Assembly: GCA_907165135.1 (NCBI GenBank)
Contig: OU015566.1
Location: 1,116,001 to 1,180,000, forward strand
DNA length: 64,000 nucleotides
Direction: 5' to 3'
From: Oikopleura dioica
Taxonomy: Eukaryota; Animalia; Chordata
A program made the position numbers and the translations under genes. The notes beneath the pieces were generated by a model. The model did no database searches, had not been told where the DNA came from, and was given only the letters and a program-made list of their open reading frames with translations. How positions within the stretch are numbered: the stretch's first letter is position 1; each line of letters starts with the position of its first letter. This document shows positions 50,108 through 61,151 of this stretch, one piece after another.

Positions 50108-53100
50108 TTATGATATTGTTTTACTGAATTGGAGATTTTGAAGAGGAAGAATTGCTATTTTTTTTATAAATTTTGAGATATTCAGTTTGAGAGTTGTGGA
50201 GGTGGAGCGCGGCGGACGCCGAAAATGGAGCTTGGAGTTGTTGAAAATTTTTTCTGGCTCAGATCGGCGGATTTTCCTTCGTTTTTGTTTTTGCCAATTC
50301 CTCGTTTTTTCTTCTTTTTCTGCGCCGTCAGTGATCTCGCAGTCAAAGCAGCAATCGTGTCGACGCCGCAATTGACATTCGCCATCGTTTCAGTCAAGTT
50401 CCGCATTTTCTCCAAAACGCTTTCTAGATTTTTTGCTCGACACCTTCTATTTATTTTTTTTCTACCTTTTGGAGAGTGCCAATTTCCCGACTGATTTCTG
50501 AGACAGCCAAGGTCGGATAAAAAGTCCTAAAATAAGTTTTAGAAAAAAAAGCGGAGAAGTTTTGAAAAAACCTGAATTTCAGGATTGTCGAGCATTTCCA
50601 AAACTGGCGCCGGGGCCTTTTCGAAAAGCAAGAGAGAAGAATTATTTGAAGAAGAAGGCGAGAGGGCGATTTCGCGAAGCCACTTGAAAAATGCAACCTT
50701 TTGATAGTTCAGCGATTTTGGCGGTGATTATTTAGGGCTTTGCTTTCTTCAAAAATATATAGAAATTCATGATTGAAAAGGAAATTTTAAGAAAGCAAAA
50801 AAGGCTTTATTTCATCTTTATCATAATCCTCTGGGCAAATATCGACTTTTTCCTGCAATAAATCTTTTTTGAACCATTCCTTTGAAGAATCATTCAGCAG
50901 CGCCTGATACTTTTCATGCAGAACGGGCTGAACATCGCCAATCTCCGTCGCTCGTTTTTTCGAAATCGGCTCATTGCTGCAATTTTCAAAATTTTCTTTG
51001 AAAAATGGGGCTGATTTGGTACCTGACAGAAAATAGCACGCATAGTTCTCGGAGAAGATCGGCATCTCCAGCGCTGAGATTTTCGAGTTTTTGGCGAAGT
51101 TCGACTTCGCTCGAAGTTGATTCGTTGATTATTCGGCAGATTTTTGACGGAAGCGCTTGAAAAAAATTTCAAAAGAAAAATTCAAATTAGTGGTGGCGCC
51201 GTTTTCTGAAAAGCGCCAAATAGCGGCGAGAAATACCGGCCGCTGATTGGCCGAGAAGCGGAATATGGCTTTTTGATTGGCTTAAATTTTTTGACTTTTT
51301 TTTGCTAAAAAATTGTCGCTTCCGATGAAAAAGAGATTTTGAACCGAGAATTTAATAAATTTTCTGTCAAAAATAAATTTCTAGAATATGCTCGATTCGG
51401 ACTCACGATGCGAAGTTTCGCTTTTGAGAAGCACCAGTTTCATGAAATGCGGCGTCGTTAGTTCTTTAATACTCGTCGAGAAGATTTCTGAAAAAAATAT
51501 TTATTGTAAAATCAATTTTGAATAAATTACCGAGAACGTCGTAAATGGCAGTGACCAGCACATCATCGATTTTGGCGGGCTTAATTTTTTTCTAATATTT
51601 TTTAAGCCTGGAACGGTTGAGCTTACGTGTTCGTGCTCGATAAACAGAAGCACTGATTTGACAATTTCCATTTCTTTCACCACGGAAAGAGTCGATTCCT
51701 CTTCCTAAAAAAAACGATGATAGAACCGGGCATTTTCGACGCTTGTTAATTATTAATTAACTCCAGATAGTTACATAACTTGATATCGGAGGAACGCCGG
51801 CTTGTATCTAGGTCAAAATATGATAAGCACCAATCGATAATTTATGGTCGACTTTTTAACTAAACTTTTTGTCAAATTTTACACCAATCATTTTTCAGAA
51901 GAAAATGTCGCGAAAATGATCGGTCTAAAATTTGACGAAAATTTTGGCTAAAAAAGTCGACCAAAAATGATCGATTCGTGCCCCTCATATTTTGACCTAG
52001 ATATAAGCCGGCGTCCCTTCGAAAGGAAGTTATGTAACTATCTGGATATAGATTTTTTATTACGGAACATGATTAACTCCATTTAACATTCAGCCTGTCT
52101 ATTTCGCTGATCAGTAAATTACCTCTTTCGTCGTTGTCATTATCAAACAAGCGCACATGGCGATTCCCAATTTTTGTTCCGCCAAATTTTTACTAAATAA
52201 AATTTTATCTGAAAATATGCGATTTCAGGTCTACCTTTGAATGAGAGTTCTGAGCTTGGCATTCGTTATTGCTTGGATTTTGAGGTTTACGTCGGTGAAT
52301 TCTTTGAACTGAGCGTTTTCTCGAGCAATTTGGGCGAAGGCGAGGAAGAAAAGGCTGGCGTGGTTGAGGAAATCGTCGTTTCTCTCGCTGAAAATTTTGT
52401 ATTATTTTTCTATTTAATATTTATAACAAATTTCATTATTCATTATAAAGATAATATTAGTTAATAAAATTTTATTTATTTTTAAATTTATTAAAATTAA
52501 TTTTTTTGTACTTTTTTTTATTAATAATTTCTCATAATATGATCTTACGTGAGGGGAACAAGACTATCAGCCAAATCGATGCCAATCGTATTTATTCTGT
52601 TGAGTCGCTCAACCGTGCTGAATTCTTTCAGCTCTGCCTCGAAAAAGCCCAAGAAGCGGATGAACCAAAGACACATTCCGGCGATAGCATGCTTCGAGTT
52701 TCTGCCCACCGAGTCGATTTTCTTGCGAAGGGAAGTGAGTAACACTTCGGAGGTCGATTCGTAGAAACTATCCATGTAAAAGCGCAGGAAAAGCGTGGTC
52801 GTGCCTTTGATTTGGTCGCAGATCGAGAGACGGTGGTCCATGGCCGGTGAGTACTTAAAACAATATTATATGCAAGGACGACACGGGTTTTGTCGCCCAA
52901 TGTCGTCGAAGGACGCCGAATGTCGCTGAATGTCCCAAATGTCGCCGAATGTCGGTGAATGTCGTCAAATGTCGCTGAATGTCCCAAATGTCGCTGAATG
53001 TCGTCGAATGTCGTAAAAAATGGCGGCATTCAGCGACATTCAGCGACATTCAGCGACATTCGGTGAAATCCAGCGACATTCAGAGACATTCAGCGACATT

Positions 53101-53965
53101 TGGCGATATTCAGCGATATTCGGCGACATTCGGCGACAGAACCACTGCGCTCCATAAGCAAAGGCATTGAGTTCTTACGTCAATGGAGCAATCATCCAAT
53201 TTGCGAGGAGCTGAAGTGAATCGCTTGAAAGACAGAGGATCCAGCGTCGTCTCCATTTTGAGCGAGCTTTGAATGATGTCCTTGTAGAGACTGTAGATAA
53301 TTTCCGTCACGTGGAGGTGCCAGATGTTCATTTTTTCTTCGAGGCCGACGAACTGAATCAATTTGGCTATTCCCGAGTCGGCGAAGCAGCACAGAGTCCG
53401 CTCGTTTCCGAACTCGCTGTCGATGTCGATCAGATTTCGGACGAGATTGAACGAATAGCCAGTTACTTCTTTGAGAGATTTGGTGTACTCCTTTTTCAGC
53501 CCCTTTTCGATCTTTTCCCGAATCCTGACCCAATAAACCGCCTTGGCGAATTGCCTCTTGAACGCTTCTTGGTGGTCGTCCATGATTTTCTTGTTGACCG
53601 AGTGGACCTTGTCGTTGGCTTTCGTCGAGAGAGGACACGTGATCGCAGACATGAACTTGATCAGCGGGTCGAAAATCGCGTCTTCGTCGTTTTGATGCTC
53701 GAAAAGCGGGAGAAGATCCGTTTCGAAGATATTCGAGGCGGCGAGTTGCTGCCGCATGCTTCCAAGTTCGTCGTCTTCTTGAATGAGTTCGTTGATTTGC
53801 GCAAGGGTTTCTGAACAGTTCTCGTCGGGTTTGTAGACTCCGTCTTCTACGTAGCCGATTTCGGAGGTCAGCGCTGATAAAAAATCATTCAAAAATCGAA
53901 AATAAAAAAATTATTTTAATTTTAAAATCGTTAAAATTCAACTTACAAAGAAGATCGATGTTCAT
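50108..53965 (-). CDS. TIMELESS: TIMELESS/Timeout homolog, multi-exon; 3' end uncertain
   Basis: N-terminus MNIDLLSLTSEIGYVEDGVYKPDENCSETL..MRQQLAASNIFETDLLPL..IFDPLIKFM parallels vertebrate TIM; later exon LFLRFYMDSFYE..MCLWFIRFLGF. Confidence 0.85.
51762..52046. mobile_element. 285-bp imperfect palindromic MITE in a TIMELESS intron
   Basis: TIR tccagatagttacataactt / aagttatgtaactatctgga with further internal symmetry. Confidence 0.7.
52882..53147. mobile_element. Degenerate hAT-like MITE built of inverted 10-bp cagcgacatt repeats, in a TIMELESS intron
   Basis: Ends cacgggttttgtcgccc / ggcgacagaaccactg; first half (aatgtcgctg)n, second half (cagcgacatt)n; no TSD found. Confidence 0.6.
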
Positions 53966-54393
53966 AAAAAGCAGATCCATTTTCTCCAATTTCGATCAAT
54001 CGGTGTTTTTTTTCTTTCTGAGGAGGCTCTTCGAACGTCGGAATTATTATGTTATGATCGCGTATTCGAGGCGTATTTATATGGAGAGAAGGCGCTAGAG
54101 AAAAAGATATATAATTCTGCCCGTTCCAGAATGCTGAATAAAAATAGACACTTTCATATAAGTCTAGAGTTCCTGGTTGAAGCTATCAATAATCGCTATT
54201 ATAGTAATATTTGACTGCTGCTTTTTCTGCGAAATTTAACGTAGTGACACCCTTATTATTGGGCTAGATGTGTCCATTTTTGATGTAGTATTTTGGGCTA
54301 TGAATTTTGCCTAAAGAATGAAATTGTCGGGCTGAGACAAGCGGCAAAGGCGTAGCGGCTTCTCTAAGCTACTAGCCTCTGGTTACCTTATGG

Positions 54394-54809
54394 CAGAGTT
54401 GCAAATTTGTTGAGCTGAGTGAGCTGAGAAGTCGCTCAGCTCAGCTCAGTGATTTTCGAAAATGATCTGATCTGCTCAGCTCAGCTCCGCTCAGACAATT
54501 TTCACTCAGCTCAGCTAAATAATTTTCGAACATGATCATTTCTGCTCTGCTCAGCTCAGCTAAGCTCAATGATTTTAAAAGAGTTTTACTACTAAAAAAG
54601 AGTAAAAAACTGCTCAGTTCAGCTCACCCAGCTCAGCTCAGCTCAACTACCTAAAAAAAAGTCTGCTTAACTCAGCTTAGCTCAATGACCTCTGAAAAAG
54701 GGCAGCTCAGCTCAGCTCATTGAGCTGCGAAATAGGCCAGCTCAGCTCAGAAAATTTTTCACGCAGGTCAGCTCAGCTCAGCAAAAATAAACCAAAATTT
54801 GCAACTCTG
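54394..54809. mobile_element. MITE with agctc/gagct pentamer arrays
   Basis: TIR cagagttgcaaattt / aaatttgcaactctg; interior of repeated ctcagctcagc; TSD not recognisable. Confidence 0.65.
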
Positions 54810-55564
54810 CCGCAAAGTAGGATCATTTCAAAGGGCCTATTTCAAATTGGCCATTTGTTTAAAATTAAAATTTCTTCAAAAAATTCTAAAAATTCTTCAA
54901 AGATAATTATTTCCATTTATTATATAAGTCATGCATCTCAAGTAAAGACTTCTTTTTATAGCGCTATTTCATGGTCAAATTATCATAAAAGAGATGAAAA
55001 TCGACTGATTATATAAAATGGTCATAAAAATGGAATTAATTGCGTCTTGAATAAATTTATTTGGGGAGATCATTTTTCTCCCCTTCGAGAAAATTAATTT
55101 CATTCATCAATTTTTTTAAAATGGAAATTTATAAAATTGATTAAAATTTTTTCTTTTAATAAAAATTAAGCTTTTATTAATTAAAACACTAAACGAAGTT
55201 CAACATAAGTAATTTATGATAAATAAATAAATTCGAAGAAAAGGTTTCCGAGCTGCGAGGTTACCTCATTTCAAAACGGCGTTTCGTTGAATCTTATATC
55301 AATCTTATATAACTTCTCTCTTTCTGGCCCTTTATCCTTGCGCTCCATCTTTTGAGGAGCTTTTAGGCGCTTCGATTGGCCGGATTCGTCTACGCCCCGT
55401 GCCCCCAATTCGAAACGAACCCAGCTGACCTTGACGGCATTCTTCCTTGATTTTACTTTTTGTTTGCTTTATTTTTATGACTTGCAAAAGTGGATTTTTC
55501 GATTTTTTATTGCTGAAATTCGAAGAGAAATATCACTCATTTATTTTTTAATTCGGTGAACAGT

Positions 55565-58500
55565 TCATTTCGTTTTTCGTGTTAATTTGATGGAGTAAGC
55601 TTGAGGAAGAAGATACCAAACTTTTTTCTTCATGTTCAAATTTTCATTCGCCAGTTTCAAAAACTCGTTGTTGGCTCCCCTGTAGATGTAAGCGTTGAAG
55701 GAGCTGTAGCAATCGTACATCATTTCGAGTTTTGCGTAGTAAGGCCGGTTGAGAGCAGGGTTCTAAATTTGAAGCAAAATCTAAAAGTCTAGTCTGTCCG
55801 TGTCCGTGTCCTCCGCGAAAAACCCAAGTCTAGTCTATCCGTGTCCGGATCGAAAAAACGGATTTTTGTCCGGTCTAGTCTCGGACATGTCCGTTTTGTC
55901 CGTTTTTGTCCGTAAAATCCGGACACATTTTTTTTAAAGAAAAAGTCTGGTCTAAAAAGTCTTGTCCGTAAATGTCCGTAAAATTCCATGGGTAAAAAAC
56001 TTATTTTTATGGAAATAAACCCGACGAGACCAAAAAAAATCTTTGAAAATAAATTCGGCAGAAAATACATCGTAATATCGAGTTCTTTTCAAGCCAATTT
56101 AAGAAAATCAAGGGACTTGCCTGGGACAAGAGTCGCAAGTTTATTGCTTTTTTTTTGGAAGAGGATACGCTCAGCCCAAAGACTTCGTAAAATTTCTAGC
56201 TAAGCTCAGCATCAGCTGGTTAAAACCAGCTTGTCTCAGAGTAGATAATTTATCTCAGATATAAATTTATTTGAAGAGAGAAATAAGAAGTGATTTTCTC
56301 AACTTAGAGAATAGTCTTTTTGAACTAGACTAGAACTTTCACAACGGTATATTTTTCTAGGACCTTTTTGAAGCTGACCTGAAAGAAAATTTCTCATAGC
56401 TGAGCTAAGCTGTATGAAAATTTGCGAAACTGAGCTGAGCTTGCGTTTTCTTAATGTCAGCTGGTGTTATCCAAGCTGACCTTAGCTGGCTTTATGAAGA
56501 AAATCATTAGTCTGAGCTGAGTTCTCTCAAAATGATCGAGCTGAATGACTGAGCGGGCTAGCCCGACCGCTGACTCCTCAACACGTTGAGCTGGCTTTTT
56601 CCGAAAATTGCCGTGCTGAAAGTCCCAAATTAGGACTCGCAATGAATTAGCGGAATAATGAAGGACCTTATATAATATTAAGAATTTCTTAAGTTAACCA
56701 TTTTTCCTTGAGACTCGGTCCTCAAAGTTCCGGCTTCGCACCATCAAAAAGACATATCAATTAAAAGTTATCATCGATATTTTCCGGCAAAAAATCAAAA
56801 TTTTGATATTTTTAAATTTAATTTAATTTTTAAATCGATATTTTTTAAACTGAAAACCTGGCTTATTTTATCAAACAATGACGTTGGTTCAGGCTTTTTG
56901 AAACGAGTTCGAACTCAAATCGTGCTTTTTAACGGATTTTTACGGATTCTGCCCGGATTTTACAGACACGGACAAAAGTCTGGGGTTGTCCGGATTTCAC
57001 GGACAAATACGGACAAATACGGATTTTGTCCGGATCGTGACAAAAGTCCGGTCTAGGCTGTCCGTTTTTTCCTCAACCAATAGACTAAAAGTCTAGTCTG
57101 TCCGTACGGACAAGACCGGACAGACACGGATAAAATCCGTACACGGACATGTCCGTTTAGAACCCTGGTTGAGAGGAACTCTTATTTGGGAACCAGAATG
57201 ATCAAGAGCGGTGTTTTGGAGAATGTATTCGGAGTTTTCGATTCGGTCGATCACCATTTGGTGGAAAAAGACGCCGCCCGTCTCCGGTAGAAAGGCGCCT
57301 GTTACCAGGGTTTGAAAAGTCACAAATTTTGCCTGAGCATGAGCACGGCTGAGCACGGAGAGTTCAAAACTTTGGCTGAGCCTGAGCACGATTGAGCATC
57401 GGCGTGCTCAAACTTGCTGAGTAAGAGCACGACTGAGCATTGGCGTGCCCAAATTTAGCTGAGCCTGAGCATGATTGAGCACCCGCCTGCTCAAATTTCA
57501 CTGAGCCTGAGCACGCTGAGCATGCTCAATGCTCATGCTCAGTGCTCAGAGCATGCTCAAGCAATCTTGCTCCATAAAAGAACAAAAAATCAAAATTTCA
57601 ATGAGAACCATAAATATGCTAAAAACCATGATAGTTTATATTTTTAAAACGATGGGTGTAGGTGGAATTGGGGACAAAACTGAGATTGATCATCTCAGTG
57701 TTCCAAGCCTTTGTCAAGCCCCTTAAATTCAAAAATCAAGGAACGGGGCGGAGACGGCCCGAAAGAAAAAAAAATAGAAAATAAAGCAAAAAAAGAAAAT
57801 TTTTGCTCAGACGTGCTCAGAACATTTGAGCACGCATTTCAGAGACTCGTGAGCATGAGCACGGCTGAGCACGCGAATGCTCAGATTTTATTGAGCTTGA
57901 GCACGGCTGAGCACGACACGCTGGAATTTCCGTTGAGCTTGAGCACGCTGAGCATGCTCAGTGCTCATGCTCAGACTTTTCAAACCCTGCCTGTTACAGT
58001 CAGGGGGCGGGAGAGAGTGAAAGATTCGTGGAGGAGCACTTATGAATGAATTTAAAGTTCAATTAAGGCCCTTAATTTAAGGTGGTGGCGTCTGAAACCG
58101 ACAAAAAAAAATTCGACAATTTTTGCCTGGCGGCCATTCGGCTGCTAATTGGCCGTTAAGCCGAATCCAGGCTTCTGATTGGTTGAAAATTTTCAATAAA
58201 ATCTGTCGAAATTTTTTTGTCGGTTCCACGAATTTGAGACTTTACCTTGTTCAAAGTCGAAATCAGCATTTACGGTCGAGTTTTCGTCGATAAAGTCCCA
58301 TCCTCTTTTATCCAAGTAAGTTTCAAATTTTAGTCTTTTGAGGAGCAGCTCGATTTCTGTTTGTTGAAAGTTTTGCTCTTCCTTTTTCGGGTTGAGATTG
58401 AGTCCGGCCAAGCTTCGTGGATAAACTATCATTGTCAGAGCAGTCAAGACTTTTTCCATCGAAAAATAAGCAAAAATGATGTTATCATTTGCATCCAAGT

Positions 58501-60047
58501 CATTTTTGATGGCCCATCTGAGAAGAGAGCTGACCGAAATGGGGACACAAAGATTCGTTTCTTTCTGGTCGACGACGTTTTTCGTCAAATTTTTGAAGTC
58601 ATTGTTAATTTGCCGCGTGTATTGCGCCTTCCAGTTCGCCAGTACTTTCGATTTCGTCAGATTTGAATCCAAAATAAAAGCAGAAGAAACGTTTTTCAGC
58701 GATATAATTTTTGAGACGCCTTTGATTTCGTCGATTCTTGGCTTTTGCGTTTTTGAGAGCCATTGAGCGTTGAAAGACTAAAATCAAATTAATTCTTCTT
58801 TCTTGAAAAAGCAAACCTCCAGCTCTTTTTTAATCGCTTCTTTTTCATCCGCCTCTATTGGTTTGAAAAGAAGACTCCAGGCCGTCTCCCAGTCGCAAAG
58901 GGTCCAGACGTGAACTGCGAACTCAGTATTCGAGTTTCCAGTATTATCCACTAACTGACCAATCTGCGTAAAAGCCGGTGTTCCCGCTCCTGAAAGAAAT
59001 CGATCTACAATTTGAAGAGCAAAACTTACGAAGAAATTGAGCGCCTCGATATCTCGACCCTTTTCTTGAATAAGCCATCTCTCGATAGCCCTTTTCCCCT
59101 TTTGCTCCGCCTCCCGAGATGATCCCGAAATCCGACCATTTGGGAACTCCATCTTTCAGAAGAATATTCTCCGGCTTCCCATCAAGATGTCGAATCGCAA
59201 TTGCCTTCAAATACCCCTCTCCCTCAACGACTCCGATCGCAATCTTCATTCTCTCTTCCAAGTCCAAGCTTTCTTCCCTCAGTCGCTTTCTTAAATCAGA
59301 CTCGCACTTCTCCATGATTGTGATCCAGCCGAGACAGTCTTCTTTTTCTTCATCTTCCTTCAAGAAAATCTCAATATTTGAGAAATTCTTTACGACGTTT
59401 TCATGCACGGGGATGGACTTTTCGCTTCCTGTCTTGTAGTTTTTGGCGATTTCATAATCTTCAGAAAGATGAATTTCAAAATGCAGCTCCTCGTTGTTCT
59501 CTCCAGTAAACAGCGCGGAATCAAAACACTGGACTCGGACGGCGACTTCCAACTCCCGAAAATATTCGCTGAAAACGATCGCTTCTCCTCCTACTGAAAT
59601 TTGTTTCTTCTCCAGCGACGAATCAAGAATCCACTCCCCAGTTTCCCGTTTCACTTCCGATCGGAGAATTTGCCTTCCTTCAAGATCTGGATTCCGCGCG
59701 AGAATTTTCTTCTGAAACTCAGTTAGCTGCAATTCCAACTCCATCGTCCGAAAGTATTTGATCTTCCCTCCTTGCTCTTCGAAAATCACCTCCGTCCATC
59801 CAGCCGGCCCGACCATTTCACTTCCATCTTCTTTCCTAAAGTCCATTCTCTCGACAGACAAGATCAGTCTGTCCAAATCGTCCCTGCTCGTTGTTCTTTT
59901 CAATTTCTTTTTAAAATCATTTAGCCAGCTCTCAATGGCCTCTCTTGTCAGTTCTTTCGGGTGCATTATTTGTGGTGGTGGTGGTGGTGCTCTTCTGCTT
60001 GCAAAGAACGAAGCTAGGAATGCGGAGCGATCACGGGTAGACGTCAT
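55565..60047 (-). CDS. Atypical protein kinase fused to a C-terminal putative papain-like domain; last exon carries two hAT insertions
   Basis: Kinase motifs ISVGGEAIV, IMEKCESDL, HLDGKPENILL, SDFG; spliced in frame to NLCVPISV..; after removing 57306-57989 and 55756-57167 (each plus one TSD) the frame is open to TGA at 55565. Confidence 0.78.
55756..57167. mobile_element. Non-autonomous hAT-type element (1412 bp) in a coding exon
   Basis: TIR cagggttctaaa / tttagaaccctg; exact 8-bp TSD GTTGAGAG (55748-55755, 57168-57175); gtccg/cggac subterminal repeats. Confidence 0.93.
57306..57989. mobile_element. Non-autonomous hAT-type element (684 bp) in a coding exon; candidate introner
   Basis: TIR cagggtttgaaaagtc / gacttttcaaaccctg; exact 8-bp TSD CCTGTTAC (57298-57305, 57990-57997); tgagc/gctca subterminal repeats; core holds one satellite unit. 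Confidence 0.93.
58084..58228. mobile_element. CCAAT-MITE family copy in a kinase-gene intron
   Basis: aaccgacaaaaaaaattcgacaa ... tgtcgaaatttttttgtcggttcc; gccgaatccaggcttctgattggttgaaaattt core. Confidence 0.65.
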
Positions 60048-60213
60048 TTTTTGAAATTGTCGTTTTCTGGTGTCGAAGATTTTTTGGCCGTTTTCGAGTC
60101 GTGAATAAGCGCTCTCCAAATTAGTCAGGAAATTACGGAATAATTCAAATATTGTTTTCCGGTAAATAAATTCTGATCGATATTGGTGTCGGATTCTAGT
60201 GGCTCCTCCACCT

Positions 60214-60285
60214 GACTCCTTGGCGCAACGGTAGCGCGTCTGACTCCAGATCAGAAGGTTGCGTGTTCGAATCACGTAGGGGTCA
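60214..60285 (+). tRNA. tRNA-Trp (CCA)
   Basis: GACTCCTTGGCGCAACGGTAGCGCGTCTGACTCCAGATCAGAAGGTTGCGTGTTCGAATCACGTAGGGGTCA: canonical cloverleaf, CCA anticodon, followed by a T-run terminator. Confidence 0.97.
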
Positions 60286-60551
60286 AACTTTTTGTCTTTT
60301 TTTGTATCGAAAAACGGAAAACCGCGCCTCGGAGTAAAATATTTGCATTTTGGAAAGTGACTATCTGGCTCGATTGAATTCGGCGTGTTCAAATATTGCA
60401 TGATCGGGCTTCGGAGGAAATAAAAAGAGAAACAAGATGGCCTGGTGGAGGATACCGTTGAAGGTGCTTTCGATTGTTTGTTTCTTGTGTTTGGCGCTTA
60501 TCGGAGCAGGTTTGTTGAAATGAAAAAATTATTTTATAAAAATTTTTTTAA

Positions 60552-60891
60552 GGACCCCCGTCAGCTTTTTTTGAAAAATCTAATTTCGGAATTTTATAAT
60601 TTTGACCCCGGAAATGGATTCTTCAGGTCAAAAAACGATTTTGAGGCTTCATTTTTCGGGGGTTTATCTCGACTTCTTCACCCCCAAAATCGCAATTGAA
60701 AATTGGTCTTTTCCCGACAAATTGACGAATTTGCCCTTATTTTGGCAAATATATTGATTTTTCTTGGTCAAAAATTCTTCTTATCATGTTTTTGAAGAAA
60801 ATTTAACCTGAAGACGCATTAAGAACCAAAAATATGGTGCTTGTAAAAATTTCAATTTTTCGAAGAAAAAAGCTGACGGGGGGGGGGGTCC
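60552..60891. mobile_element. 340-bp TTAA-flanked MITE (Kolobok- or piggyBac-like)
   Basis: TTAA|ggacccccgtcagctttttt ... aaaaaagctgacgggggggggggtcc|TTAA. Confidence 0.72.
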
Positions 60892-61151
60892 TTAATTTAT
60901 GTTTCAAATAAAAATATATGAAGAAATTTTCTGTATTGAAAAAGGCTTAAAATCGTTGTTGATACCCTTAATAATCGCATAAACAACTGGTTTTTTTCTT
61001 TTAATATATTTTAATATTGGGCGCTAGAAAGACTCCTGTCATTTTCAAGAGGAATCTCTTTCCCGATTTTACTGATTTACACTGTACAAGTGCAAATGTC
61101 ACCGTTCCAAGCGATGATGTTTGCGCCGGCCTCAAATTCAGAGAATAGAAA

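Noticed and set aside
52882-53147. Exonic insertion in TIMELESS
   Set aside because: A canonical phase-0 intron (GAC|GTAAGA ... TTTTAAG|TAC) encloses it
60048-60401. N-terminal extension of the 485-aa kinase ORF
   Set aside because: It runs antisense through tRNA-Trp and its T-rich terminator; the Met at 60047 is the more plausible start
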